Program-made: the position numbers and the translations under genes
The notes under the pieces: model-generated
The model's database searches: none
Seen by the model: the letters and a program-made list of their open reading frames with translations, nothing else
What the model was told of the DNA's origin: nothing
Assembly (NCBI GenBank): GCA_030141605.1
Contig: JAQGDQ010000025.1
Span: 540,907 to 604,906, forward strand
Origin: Tubiluchus corallicola
Lineage: Eukaryota > Animalia > Priapulida
DNA length: 64,000 nt
Direction of reading: 5' to 3'
Part shown: positions 15,201 through 27,690 of the stretch, piece after piece
Position numbering within the stretch: the first letter of the stretch is position 1
Layout: each line of letters starts with the position of its first letter

Positions 15201-16117
15201 ATTTTTATAGTCTTTTGTTGCTTATAGAACATACAGAGCAGCTGTACACCAAGAAGCAGATTTACTGAAGTTAAGAAGGTAGTTTATTGAAACTGAGCCT
15301 CTGTCTAACATGGCTGTTTTGTCTACATCCAAAAGTGGCATCAAATTCTCATTCAGTTGTCATACAGCACAAATTCTAACTTTAATCACTTTCGTGTGTT
15401 CTTCTAGGTTCAAGAAGTTATTCAGATGATGAGACAGGTAGATGTGTAGCTGAACTATCCCATGAAATGGTTAGTGCGGAACCAGCAGCGGAAGGTAAAT
15501 TAGAGTGCGAGAGCTCACCTGGCACAAATGTTCATAGAAGCATTGTCAGAAGTCTGAGTGATCGCGTGGATGAAACTGCCTGCGCCTTTGTAAATCACAT
15601 CGAGTATAGTGCCAAATCATCAAGCTGCAATGTAGTAAAGAAAGTTGGACAAAATTCTGCTCCATTTGCTCAGTTAAGTAGTAAGAGTAGTTCCACTAAT
15701 GCATCGTCAAAGATTCAAGACAAGAGAGACCAAGATGTAATTGTAAAACCAATTCTTAATGTAATTCACGAAACGGCTTCATTTCTGGACCATGATGCTC
15801 CTCACCGCCCAAGTGTGATACAACGGCGGGATGACTCTTTACCGAGCAAATCAGATGTTACGACATTAGTGCCAGAGCATCATTTGTGCCAAACCAATAC
15901 CAGTCACGAAGTTGACTGTAGATTAAATGTGTTAAATAATCCAGCGTTATCACTGGAACGTGACAGTTGTCTTATCAGGACAATTCCATTTAACAGTTTA
16001 GCAGCAGGGAACCCAAGTATGGCAAGTTTAGAGAGTGCAGAGGCTAGCAATGATAGTGCCACTGGTAGCATTGATACAGATGAACTCATCGAGGAAATTG
16101 ACCGATGCATAAGTTAA
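291..16117 (+). CDS. SLF2: SLF2/FAM178-family SMC5-SMC6 complex localization factor (5'-partial, multi-exon)
   Basis: Phase-consistent GT-AG exons: 291-581, 1822(or 1828)-1926, 3261-3351, 3956-4063, 6371-6536, 7124-7201, 7876-8177, 10163-10339, 11283-11456, 12757-12915, 14211-14366, 15082-15187, 15408-16117 (TAA). Translation contains YKYNLDDLLEEK, WLLKLISVH..LPSFTELCDIFANLG, HLVHLCPATPRGIRLQESLS, YYYLY and IRENARFLDPTRVKDLI...RWQ. These match, in order, my recollection of the FAM178/SLF2 C-terminal domain (WLF.MMSVH, PSLSDV..VF.NMG, RGRQLRQCLS, IREDARLFYRTKVKDL..KWQ). An extra small exon between 6536 and 7124 cannot be excluded. Confidence 0.8.
4150..4295. repeat. ~56-bp tandem repeat x2.5
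   Basis: agccaa.tttttcaggataagaaattaagaa occurs three times. Confidence 0.85.
5185..5410 (+). repeat. Dispersed repeat, also at ~12215-12430 (both in SLF2 introns)
   Basis: Shared tgtcacct..tatgttcg, aaggta.aatcctgtggat and ttctgagtgaa blocks in the same order. Confidence 0.65.
5671..6182. mobile_element. hAT-like MITE
   Basis: Termini cagtgacggctcgt / acgagcaacactg. Flanks ctaatcag / ctaattag match 7/8 as an 8-bp TSD. Confidence 0.65.
8210..10115. repeat. Intronic AT-rich minisatellite (~35-38 bp unit) interrupted by a MITE
   Basis: Repeated aaaaatgtaaa(gcaacaatg/gaaatgata)gtataaacaattaat at 8210-8431 and 9291-10115. Confidence 0.92.
8432..9290. mobile_element. Non-autonomous pogo/Tigger-like DNA transposon (MITE)
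   Basis: TIRs ccgtatatactcgcatgtaagcc / ggcttatatgcgagtatatacgg, TA target duplication, and internal sub-terminal repeats gcatataagccgacc. Confidence 0.9.
10546..10923. mobile_element. Tc1/mariner-type MITE
   Basis: Imperfect TIRs ctgggtgtcccaaaagtctgga / ttcagacttctggtacaccctg, flanked by TA. Confidence 0.7.
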
Positions 16118-16283
16118 TGCAATAGTGTTGCTTCGTTTTATGCACTGTGATTGCTGATATTCCTGGTATGAACATTGCTAAGAGATTTAGTTGTAGGGCT
16201 TTTACTGATGAAATATTGTTTGTGTGCAAAAGTGTAACGTGTGTAGCTACATTGACAAATACAATTTACCAAAAGTGTACACA

Positions 16284-16550
16284 TAGTTGAAGGCAGAGTG
16301 GTTAGGACACTTGGCTGTAGATCCAGGTTTAGAATTCAAATCCCGCTCTCATCAGGTTTTTTGAAGCGTTTACCGCTCAAATAGGACCTTCTGGTCACCT
16401 TTCTATGCCTGCTCAGCCTTGATTTATTTTGCGGGAAGAGAGGGGGCAAGGAACTTGCTACCATCTGTCCTCCATTATATGTGCCTAAACTTCGTAACAG
16501 TCGTCGTGTAACAGTCTATTCCTATGTTCCGTCTGAAAGCATGAGACCAT
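16284..16550 (+). mobile_element. Degenerate tRNA-derived SINE in SLF2 3' region
   Basis: A-box-like ggcagagtggttagg and B-box-like ttcaaatccc, with no cloverleaf. Confidence 0.45.
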
Positions 16551-16659
16551 TTTTGTTTGTAAACAAGTGATGTGATGTGACCGTGGAAAGGCCGAGTTTG
16601 CGAAAAATTGAGGCCGAGTTTGCAAAAAATTGAGGTTAAAAATTGATCAATTTCGCTTT

Positions 16660-16862
16660 GATCATAGGGTCTCTTATATGTGAGGTAATTTACCTGGGTT
16701 TCTATTATGCAGGACCTGAAGATATCATCCCTTATAACCGAAAGTCCCTTATATCCGAGTACCTTATATGCGAAGATTTTTACATAGGAAAAACGTTACG
16801 CAAAATCGGGACCGGTGTTGGTGATCCCTTATAGGCGAGTACCTTATACCCGAGGTTGACTG
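16660..16862. mobile_element. Tigger/pogo-like MITE fragment
   Basis: Repeated ccttata(t/c)ccgag sub-terminal motifs ending in cgaggttgactg, a CAGT-type TIR on minus. Confidence 0.5.
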
Positions 16863-18492
16863 CAGTTTTATTGCACTGTGTGCTTAATATAGGAACTTGA
16901 CATTGCTTGCATTACCTGAGAGTTTTGGTGCAAAGACACAGGCAGTCGATTTTGGGCAGTTTTTAAATATTCTAATTTTAGTTGGTTCTTTATTAAGTAT
17001 TTTCTTCACGCAAGTAACTTACTTTTAAAGTGTGAAGATTTGAGGAAGACGGAAATTTGCAAGATAATTTTTTGAGGTTTTTTGTGTGTTTAAGGATGTA
17101 TTATCAAAGAGAAAGCTAGATTATTGAATTTTAATGCAAAAACGCATATTAAAGGTACTGCAAAACACTAGTAATTGCTGCAGTAAGTGTGATTCATTAG
17201 CAGGTTATGTAAAAAACGCGTAGTATTTGCTTACTAGCATAGTTGATTATTGCTTTTAAAAATTTCAAACTACATCGTCGCACAGGTTCAATTGAAGGTA
17301 ATATTGTAGTTGTGATAAACATATTTAATCGATGTGTTATCCATTCATGTGAACTAATTTTTCTTGTTGAGATTTTATAGGTCAGTTTGAGTTTACACCT
17401 GTGGTGTCAAGGATAAATCAACAGTTTTTTCATTTGTTAACTGAAACATTCTTGGATGGGTTCTGTTTACGTTTTGCAAGGATGCATAACTGTAGAAAAA
17501 TATATTGATCAAGGCAAAAATATGTAATTGTTTTCTCACAAGTTAAAGTAGCCAGGTCACCCTTCATTAAAATAATTTTATAACTGCCTCATTTTGAAAG
17601 TTGTCTTTGTCAGTTTGTAAAATTGAACTTCTGGTATAATAAACACAAAGCCACATCATTATACAATAGTACATCTTATATTGTATAATAAGTGTTTAAG
17701 GTTTCATAGTTTTTAATAGGCATGCCTTCAACAGCTGTTTTCACATTCACAAAAACTAGGAGTCTACTAATATAACAGTAATAGAGATAATTATTGTCAA
17801 TGTAATAATGATCTAAAGCTTCTGACTTTCTGTTACTTGCTTTAAAGATAAATTTGGCAGTTCAGTTGCTGGCAAAAATAAAGAAAAGCTCAAACAATAG
17901 CATGATTATACCAGATCTGCCAATTCTCACACATTAGGCGTGTATCACATGCATTTTCATCAGTTCTCACTCATTCCACAACTTTCACATGCAAGTTTGC
18001 AAATCACCTGACTTCCTTTGTCATCTGTACCAACTGTGACACAATTAGTAGTACTACTTTCAACAATACAGCGATGTTCATGAGTCTCACAGTGTATTTT
18101 GCATTAAAGGGTATACAGTTATTGAAAATTAAGCACTTTTGTTCACAAATGAATTTTTTTCATGTGTACAAAAGAACATTTTTTGTATAAAGCATGGTGA
18201 ACTACAATAGCAGTATAACTCAGTAGTAGCCCAAAAATTACCTTAATTTTTTGATTATTTGATTTTGATACCCAAAAAAGCAAATATTTGTGGGACATAT
18301 TTTGGCCCCCGCTGAGTCCCTGACAGGGGCGAGATGATCCCAGGGCTTTAAGTTTTACACTCTTTTTTACATCAAATGGTTGGAGTTGTTATGTTAATCA
18401 TAAAACTTAAAACAAATGACCACAACAACGGCGAACAGAATAGATAAAATGGAAGTAAATTGTAAATCCAAAACCAACTTGTGTATGAAGAC

Positions 18493-18738
18493 CATGCTGC
18501 AGAAATTGCACCTCTTGTGGACTATGAACACAATTGCTGCTATGGAAAGCAGCTAAATACGGAATAGGTAACAGATCATGCTGCAGAAATTCCACCTCTT
18601 GTGGACTATGAACACAATTGCTGCTATGGAAAGCAGCTAAATACGGAATAGGTAACAGATCATGCTGCAGAAATTGCACCTCTTATGGACTATGATCACA
18701 ATTGCTGCTATGGAAGCAGCTAAATACGGAATAGGTAA
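18493..18738. repeat. 84-bp tandem repeat x3
   Basis: catgctgcagaaatt...ggaataggtaacagat starts at 18493, 18577 and 18661. Confidence 0.95.
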
Positions 18739-19112
18739 TACATCTATGATTGTGACCACGAGTCTTATGACTGTGCTGGTTGTCAAGGTTATGATAAAGG
18801 AGCACAGTATTCTGGAATCACATAAATTTCGAAGGCTTACTCATCTCCAAATAGGCAGTTAACCTCCTTAGTCTACCTAATTGGCTCTCTGAACTCTGAC
18901 AGAAAGACAGTTTGTAATGCAACTAAACAAGCATTATATCACATAAAGGTATATTCTGCACAAATACATAAATACGAAGAAGTTATACCTCTTCAAGTAT
19001 ATATAAGTGTGGTACATAAAATATTTACACTAAAACAAGTTTTATACAGCATTACTACCACATAGCAAAATCACAGCACTTTATTTTACTAATATAAATA
19101 TAAGAATCTTGT

Positions 19113-22100
19113 TTAGTGCCACTCTATAAAGCTTTCTAAAGTGTGTGGCACTTCGCCATGGTAACGCATACCATGCAACATTATATGTTGAGCGGCAAGA
19201 CACTTTAACGTGACGTCTTGTGACATGTTTACTGTGCACTCCGGATTCGAGATGAACAGTTCCAAGGCAGTTTCTCCACTGTGATTCCGGATGTCCACGT
19301 GCGCACCGTGAGTAATCAACATCCTTAACAGATCTTCCGAATAGTTTTGCAGTTCAGACAGCGTGTGAAGTGGACAGTTCTTCTGATAATCAAGAGAGTT
19401 GACGGGGGCGCCACATTCGACCAGAATTTCTGCAACTTTCAGATTCGGAAATGCGCTCAAACTTGGATCGTCGAAGATAGAAGTCTTTTTGCTGACAGCA
19501 AGATGGAGCAGCGATTCTCCGGTGGACGTACGTGGATCGGCTCTGACTATTTTATTCACAAGGCGCTTCATCTTTAGCTGCTCTTCACCAGTTGATTCTA
19601 CATTGGTAAAGACGTACAGAAGGTAGTTGAGGATCAGAAGCAGCTTGTCGAAGTTATCTTGCTGTTTTTTGCACACGGGCCTAAAACTAAGCAGGAGCTG
19701 AGCGTCTGTGATGTGACCGGAAATAAACTGTATTGTCTGGTAAATATTTGTGAAGCGGACGTTTTCTTGAATGCGACCGGCAGCATATATTCCCAGCATC
19801 TCCAAGAAAAGATTGGCAATGGCTTGGGCAGTGAAAGTTGTTTCGTTGTGAATGATACAATCCCGCTATGTAAAACATAAATTTTACATTATAATTACAA
19901 TACAAATTAGGTTATTTTTTTGTAAAAAAACCCCTCTAATCTGAATTGCTTGGACATGTAAATATGTTTTGAATTAAAAGCTATGTGAAGTAGGTAATAA
20001 CTTATGCTTGAATTTAAACATTTGCTTGTGATTCATAGATTAAATCCCAAACTCAGTGAAAGTAATTACTAACATAATTACTTTTCCACACGATGTTGTC
20101 ATTTGTGCAAGCATTACATCAATTGTATTGTAACAACAATGTCATTTTAAAATTAATTTCATAACTTCTGTCAAAGCTTGCTGTACCTGTGCTCTCAACG
20201 TCAGTGCGTAATACCAGAGTTCCACACACCGCTGATATCGCTGAGCATCGGCATACGCAGCGCCACGGTACATGAGCCGGAAGATCATATCCTTATGACT
20301 AGTTCCAAGAATCCGTTCACAAATCAGCAAAGCCTATGGAAAACATGAGCAAAAGCATGAAACTAGAAACACGTAGTTTAATACTTACAAGTCCTAATTT
20401 ACTAATTCAATAAAACTAGTCATTAAATAGTTCAATTAAACAGAGAACATCATAAACAAACCTTTCTATTAGTGTTACTGTGGATACACTATTTTGCCGG
20501 ATAGCGAATACCGGATATCATCGAAAATTTCCTTAAACTGATTTCCGGATTCGGATTATAACCGGATAGGTTAGCTAAATTCGAATCAGTTTGTATACTG
20601 AGAAATTAGTAAATAATTGCAAACATTAGCATTTTCATTTAGTCTATCATCTTAAAAGACCTAGCCCCAAGATACACCATATTACCACACACAAACGAAA
20701 AAAGATGTGTGTAAAATTTTAGTCTTGAAAACACAAACGCAGGCCAAAAGGATTTCTATGTTTTTTTGGTAATATTTTATTTATTTATCTTCGGCTGTTA
20801 AATTATCCGAAAGTAGTTTCCAATTGCACATTACGAAAACTGGATAGCGAATACTTGCAAATATCAAATTTTTATAACTATCAGATACGAATAGCTGCAA
20901 AATCTCGTGAAAACCACATTTTTGGATACGAATCGGATATCCGGAGCAACACTTCTTTCTATATTATCCATCTAAGCAGACTATTCTCGTTCATGCTCTC
21001 TTTGCAAATCCTGGACAAATCTAAACTCTTAGCACTAGTTAACAGTGAATGAAGCAACCAAGGGTACATATTCATTTAGGCCCAGTCACAATGAGAAAAA
21101 AGGCACAATTTAGAATTGAGCAGCTAGGAAGGAATCACAGATGAGCAATCTAGGACATAGTTGCATAAAATGTTTGAAGTTTTAACCGGCACAAATTCTA
21201 TACTTTTATTGCCCGAATTTTAGCACTAGCTACAAAAAACACTGCATCTGTTTGGAGACCACACAATTAGTGTGACTTTTTTTAAAGAAAGCTTGCCCAG
21301 ATACGTAATTAAGAAATAATACCATTTTTATTACATTCGAACAAGAAGCTTTAACACCAAATTGCCATTAATCAAACACAGTTTCACTTAATAAATGGCG
21401 TAGTAAGTTGTTCTAGCACAATGCTTGGACATTGCAGCCTAAATATGGAATAGTTTTCATCCTTTTTGTTAGTATTACAAAATTTCTTCACCAGGAATAC
21501 AAATATTTAAGATTAAAACTTACTGGTGGTGTGGTCTCATCATGACAGAGGTTAAAGCAAAACCGGAACCAATCTTAAACTGTAGGTCAAACAATTTGCT
21601 CTTTAAAATATTGAAAGGAAACACCACTTTTTCAAAAATGAGTTACGTAAGTAGCACATGCATTTCGGAAATGCATTGCACAAAAAATCTCTCACTTCAG
21701 ATGTGCTGTACCTCTCAGTTCAGATGTGTAAGTTTGTGACGAACTACACACGTTCGACAGCTCATGCGTGAACACAGCAGTAAATTTGAAATTTGAATTT
21801 TTATCTTAAAAGTTTTAGTACAACACACTGAATATCTTACAGTAGTACTGTACTTCAATTTTTCACTTTTGCAAACATGTTCGTGGAATATTTTTGCTGT
21901 TGAAAATTTTGTTAGTTTGTGATGTCATCAATAGTTGGGCTTGCCCGACATTAATTAAGTTTTTAATCTATTATTTAATTATCAGAAATGCTTTTGCAGT
22001 ATTAAATGTGTTAAAATGTATACTTTTCATCGGACTTGAAATTGGGGTAGTATATGAAAAATCATCCTGTCTTCCTTTAAGAATGTCACAAATGAACAAA

Positions 22101-25100
22101 TTAAACTAAATTATTTGTCAAGAAACAAACTTACATACTGCTATGAATCTGATACGTTAGAATGAGTTCTGTAGATATGCTCAGAAGACTACAACAGAGG
22201 TGGACCAGTCATTTATTTCTGATTATTCATAAAATTACTGTTTGATATTTGATTAAAGACTCAGTTTGTCATTTTCACAGGTTGTAGTGTATCGTGCGAA
22301 GTCAACCACGTTTTCTTACAAACATTGTCTAACTCGTACCCTCGCATAACTCGAACAAATTTTCCGGTCCCGAGGTGTTCGAGTTATAGGTAGTTCACTA
22401 TAGTTTATGAGTCTCAGACTGTACAACATATACGCACCTGCATGTGTAAGGAGTCCGGATCTGTCGAAATCTGTTGGAGTTCGTCTTCCGTTCTAAATTC
22501 CAGGGAATTCACATAAACTGGATTTGGCACAAGATTAATCATTTTAGGCAAGTTCTCATGTTCCGCTGAAAACCTAGAAGTTCAACAACATGGATTACAG
22601 GACGCTAATCACTTACATTTACACACAAACTGAGTCAGATTTAACAACTTTAGCCAGGAAAAAACGTGGATGGAAATTTAATGAATTACATTAATAAAAA
22701 TTACTTTTTTCATGTCATTTGCCATCAAGTTAAAATTAACAATGCAGTCTTGCTTCTGTCATAACACAATAAAAAAGCAAAGAAATAAGTCTGCATTGGT
22801 GTTCGTCTATAAGCAAGGCTGGCAGTACTGTACAGTACAGTACGAAAAAAAATTCTGAAAAGTATGGTTGTTCTGAAAAGTAACCTCATGTTCATGGCCG
22901 TTCCCCAAGCAATCAGCGAATCATGTATGTTATGATTCTCCTCTAGTAAAACAGCTCCCAGCAGCTCATAGGCTTCTATAATCCGTTCTCTATCATATTT
23001 GACATTCTAGAAAAAGCAGGCATAATGCTGTAAATAAGTGCATGTACTTTGGTAGACTATGTCTACCATTATACAAGAATTAAACCTTTTGCTTTAATTA
23101 TGCATTCAAAAGCAAGAACAAACAATTTCTTGTAGAGATTCATTATAATGTACAACATAAGAATATGCTAAAATAATCTTCTAGCAGTTTCTTGAGCTTT
23201 ACAGCATATGAAAATTGAATGATTATGCCAGACTTGTCAATTAACAAATAAAATATGATCCAATCAATTACAGCTAAAAAATTGAAATGATTGTTACCTG
23301 TATCAAGTAGTCAAATATTTGAGCACTACCCCTCAGGCAAGCTGTCTGCAATGCATCATCACCATTTCTGTTCTTTAGGTAGGGATTTGCCTCATTCTTT
23401 AGTAGAAGTTCAACCGTATCTAGCCTGTATTCCTGTATAGCATAGAGCAGCGCCGTTTTCATCTGTATATCTTGTGCATTCACCTCAGCTCCTCTTTCCA
23501 AAAGCAGCTTGCACAATGGCACGGACTGAACGGAATTTATTAGACATGTCCCACCATTGTAATTAGCAGTTCTGATTATTGCACCCAGGTCAATAAGATA
23601 CTTGACAACCTCTATGTGAGTCATGAAGCACGCAGAGCGGACAGGAGTTGAACCAGTGTCGGACCGGCTATTCATGTCTGCCCCATGGAGAACAAGAGTC
23701 TTGACCACAGCTAGGTTACCTGTGACAGCTGCACACCAGAGTGGCGACACATAGTGACGGCTCCGGTCTTCTTCTACTTCATATTCCCCTACAAGACGGT
23801 TAGAAAAATGGTACTTTAAAAATTAATTCATTATACATAAATTCAGAACATAGTCTATTTTAATACTATATGATGATTAGTAATGCAAACTAATTAAGTA
23901 GCTTACTAGTACCCAGTTCACAACGGAAAATGATGGAGCAAACAAGACTAATTGCTTTTGCTTTAACTATAAATGCATAAAACATATCTTTTTTTATTTT
24001 ATATCTCGGGACTATATGCTAAAATCATGTTCATTACCTAGGGCTCCACAATAAATTCAGTTTACAATTTAGCATGATGACATGACTGAAATCATTATTA
24101 TCATCATTTGCTGATAATTAGAAATAATGTGTATTATTAATAGGACAATGTTTGCAGACTGACGATTTTTTTAATTCTCAAAATCTCTGCGATACTTAAG
24201 AATATTAAAAGCCAAAATGTTATTCCAAACATTTGTTTAGCTTTTTATTGCACCATAGAGAAATTAGAAGTTTTTATACTAGTATCGAACAATAAACTTG
24301 TCTTTTTAGTTATTTAATACACTGCATACGAACTACAGGCTTTAAGGCTAAGTTTAGTTTATTTACTGTTGAGTCACTTGAATCAATACGATAGCCTAGT
24401 AACTTGTTTCAACTTCTTTGTTACATCAAGGTTCATCTGCTGGTTAAAAGACTCACAGTTCATTGAGCTCAGCACTTCGGTGCTGCTCAGGCTGACCTCT
24501 GACATTAGTGACTAGTGCAGTTACAGTCTATAATTAGTGAAATTTTGCAAAATTTTCTACTACTGACTCAGTTGGCACTTTATTGTGCACGTAATGGCAA
24601 AAGCAACGATAGTTTCAACACAGCAATTTAATATGAAAATGCACAATTGCACATTGTACTAAACACTAGTGATAAATCAACACACTCCAAGCCTTGCTGA
24701 TGAATTTAAAGAACGTCTGTGTCGATAATAATCAAATCTATAAGCATTCCTAATTACTATACAGTTTAAAAATAACTGTATGATTTATCTGCTTCTATAC
24801 CATCTTACCTCTTTGTTCAATGTCTGCATGGCAAACATCCAATAAGTAATCACACGATTTGTAATCACCAAATTTGCAAGCAAGAAACAATGGAGAACAT
24901 CCTTCATGAAGTCTGAAACAAAACAATATAGCAGAAATAACTATATAGTTTTTGTTTATGTTCAAATTATCCTTTAATTAATTAATAGGACAGCTTTCAG
25001 TTAAGGTAGTTCCCAGCAGTTAGGTACGTGAATTGCATAAAAGACTCCATTATTTTTAAGCTAGGGTTCCTCTGTAATGAAACTTAAACTGCATGTAACT

Positions 25101-25598
25101 ATTGATTATGCTGTCGTTGTAAACTCATTGATAATAATTTTTTTTCTAACCGTGTTTTAGTTTTACGTGTGAAATAACGTATCATAGTCCTTTTTAAAAG
25201 CAAAAGAAAGGTTTACATCCTTATTACAGCTGTCACAGCGTCATTGAAAGTATTACTATTAAACTAGTAATATTGTAATCGTGTGCTTGGTAAGAACACT
25301 ATTCGTTTTTCGCTTTTTTCAGGCAAAAGAGTGAAACAGTAATTACTATCTGGATGAAGACAGTTGTGACCGCTTATAAGTGTAATACTGTTTACCATTA
25401 AAAGACGAAAACTACCAATTATTAGGGTACCTAATTATAATAATCGTGTATTAAAATTTACCTAGAAACTATACGTCGCCTTTCTATAACGTTATAGTTT
25501 TCTTCCAGTTGCGTCCGGACCGCATAGCTGATTCGACCTTTCTTGATTGATTCGACGAGTTCTTCAAAGAGTGCATCCTTCTTCTCCTCAGCTTCCAT
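19113..25598 (-). CDS. fem-1: Protein fem-1 homolog (ankyrin/TPR CRL2 substrate receptor), 7 exons, ~629 aa
   Basis: Minus-strand exons 25598-25462, 24912-24809, 23788-23298, 23006-22885, 22573-22438, 20333-20187, 19865-19113 sum to 1890 nt with consistent phases. Motifs: ankyrin repeats (SPLFLACK, SPLWCAAVTG, TPVRSAC), IEAYELLGA, ERILG..H.D....YRGAAYAD...Y.RC..LW.YAL, C-terminal ankyrins and TLKCLAAQ (VHL/SOCS-box-like). Subfamily (FEM1A/C-like vs other) is not resolved. Confidence 0.92.
20470..20954. mobile_element. hAT-like MITE in fem-1 intron
   Basis: Perfect 8-bp TSD ctttctat (20462-20469 and 20955-20962), termini tagtgtt / aacactt, and internal cggata/cgaata repeats. Confidence 0.75.
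21573..22080 (+). repeat. Dispersed ~500-bp repeat, copy 1 (probable non-autonomous transposon ending cctttaa)
   Basis: Colinear similarity with 32412-32989, including ctttaaaatattgaaaggaaaca, cacgttcgacagctcatgcgtga and aatagttgggct. Confidence 0.8.
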
Positions 25599-25599
25599 T

Positions 25600-25861
25600 C
25601 TCTTTGTTCATCTGTTCCAAATGAAGATGCAATAACTGCAGCTGAACAGATGAAGAAAATTTCACAGAAACTACACAACGAAACTGTACGACCGGAAGTA
25701 GGTTTTATTTGTGTTAACGCTTATGATTGGTTAGCAAATAACTTCCTGTCAATAATAGCACGTGCTTTTTGTTGTTTATGTGAATTTGGCATTTTTTCAG
25801 TCCTTTCAAGTCTCATCTTACTGGAGCTACACTTACAGCTAAAGCGTGATTTCAGAATCGG
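25600..25861. promoter_or_regulatory. Putative bidirectional promoter shared by fem-1 and PARG, including a PARG non-coding exon 1
   Basis: fem-1 ATG at 25598 (-). ETS-type CCGGAAGT at 25692-25699, ATTGG (CCAAT box) at 25726-25730, E-box CACGTG at 25759-25764. Plus-strand donor GG|GTCAGT at 25861/25862 pairs plausibly with acceptor ttttgcag at 28278, upstream of the PARG ATG. Confidence 0.55.
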
Positions 25862-25951
25862 GTCAGTCTTATGACTTGTGCGAAGTTCTTTGTTCACAGC
25901 ACAGATGTATATTACTAGTAGAGTATTTGTTCTACAGTTTCATTCTCTGCA

Positions 25952-26213
25952 TCGAACACGGATATTCTCATAAAACTCGTAGTCATGTACTGATGTAGGC
26001 CCGTTAGTATTATTAATATTAGTTATACTTGTAACAGTTCAAAAATTTTTGGACGGTTCATTTATCATAAATTTGGTTTTTGAGTAGTACGTAGTACCAA
26101 TATTGCAGTTCAATAGGTAGTAATATTACTAATAAGTATAACTAATAATTAATAATACTAACGGGCCTACATCAGTACATGACTACGAGTTTTATGAGAA
26201 TATCCGTGTTCGA
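25952..26213. repeat. Long inverted repeat (~80-bp arms, ~100-bp spacer)
   Basis: tcgaacacggatattctcataaaactcgtagtcatgtactgatgtaggcccgttagtattattaat... is reverse-complemented at ~26130-26213. Confidence 0.92.
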
Positions 26214-26405
26214 CAGGGTGGTTGACTTTGGTAACTTTAGTTTTTCGCCACCCTTTCACCAATCACTTGAATATCATTAACTCAGATAATTTATTCATTT
26301 AATAATCTTGTCACTTTGTATCATATTATCGTTTCATGCTTTGTGTTTTTCTTGTAAAGAAGGTGATAAATAAAGATACTTACTTACTTATTGCAGTTGC
26401 CAATG

Positions 26406-27111
26406 TAGGGCCTCCGTTTGCTTTTTCAAAATTGACCAAACTCCGTTTCGAAGAATCGTCAATTCCATTTCACAGAAATTAGAAGCTATTTCGACCTGTA
26501 ACTGTGTAATGTGAAATAAATGACTTATGATTTAACTAATATTTATTATCAGGCTATGTAATGTGCACTAGATTCTAATTAAAAAAATAAATTTTTATAT
26601 CAATTATGAAGTATGTAGTCTATCATGTATTTGTATTTGGCTAAGATAAAATTAGAATGCCATCATTTAATATTAACATTAACAACAGTTACAGAACAGT
26701 ATCCTATCATATTCGTACAAATCATCGGGAAATTCCCTGGCTAGCTGTCGCACGCATAATATCGTCAGGAGAAACCTTTCCACAAACGTACTGCTACTCG
26801 CTACAAGATCACTCTAAAGAATTTCCCATATTTCTCATAGTAAATGCAGAAATCAAAGTGAAAGTAGGTACGCAAGTTGCATAAAAGATAAAACTCGGGA
26901 AGAACTTCTATTAAGGTCGCAAAAGGCTGAAAAAACTACTTAGTTTTCCCGGAAAGTAACAATTGATGAAAATTCTGTCTCTAGTACGCATTAAATTTGC
27001 AGAAAAGTTGGAAATCAGGCCAATTCCATTTTTCATAGCTATTTCTGTTTCAGTTGTCCATTTCATTCCAGCGTTTCTTGCGTTCACAGAAATTTAAATA
27101 TCGAGGCGCTA
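26406..27111. mobile_element. MITE with TAGGG-type termini and 6-bp TSD
   Basis: Termini tagggcctc / gaggcgcta with direct flanks ccaatg (26400-26405 and 27112-27117). Confidence 0.6.
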
Positions 27112-27534
27112 CCAATGAATTAACGCTCACCCGTGTTGAGTCTGATTAGTGCTTGCTATGCCACAATACTGAGTTACAAAATATTTCAAAATATCAATAA
27201 ATGTGGGTTTCATCTATTGTTAATAAACAAACTTCAAGTTAATATTATAAGTAAGTATTCATAAGTTGGCCTTTTTAGTGAGCCTGCTGAGCTGTGAATT
27301 TATACAAACAGCATTTAAATGTGTACTATTATTGTATTATATTGTATAACTATGATATATCTAGTCATCAAGTTCTCAGTAGGTTACTCTGGTTACCAGT
27401 CAGTTTTAGAATATTTGTGCTGTTTTTAAATGTATTCGTGTTTAGTCCATATGAAAAATATGAGGACTAAAACTTACACTAGAAGGACTAGAGCATGGAA
27501 TTGTATCTGAGCATGGAATTGCTCTGCACGAGCC

Positions 27535-27690
27535 TTTTTACATAGCTTAAGCTTTTGCTGATAGATCTTTTTCGGTTGTTGGTCCAAAAGAATGGAAGAA
27601 ATTGCCAAATGACGTGTGTAGCTGCACTTCATTACAAGTGTTCTTGAAAAAACTCAAAACACATGTATTTTTAGGCCTTCTCGAACTGAT
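27535..27690 (+). mobile_element. L2/CR1-clade LINE 3' remnant
   Basis: Translates ADRSFSVVGPKEWKKLPNDVCSCTSLQVFLKKLKTHVF, matching the R.FS..GP..WN.LP...S...FK..LKT.LF end of L2-type ORF2. Confidence 0.7.

Noticed and set aside
15228-15278. 51-nt AG...GT segment in the SLF2 last intron
   Set aside because: It contains an in-frame TGA in the required phase and the donor is weak. Skipping it preserves the ORF.
18407-18862. Repetitive ORFs of 90 and 66 aa
   Set aside because: They are by-products of the 84-bp tandem repeat, with no recognizable domain or splice context.
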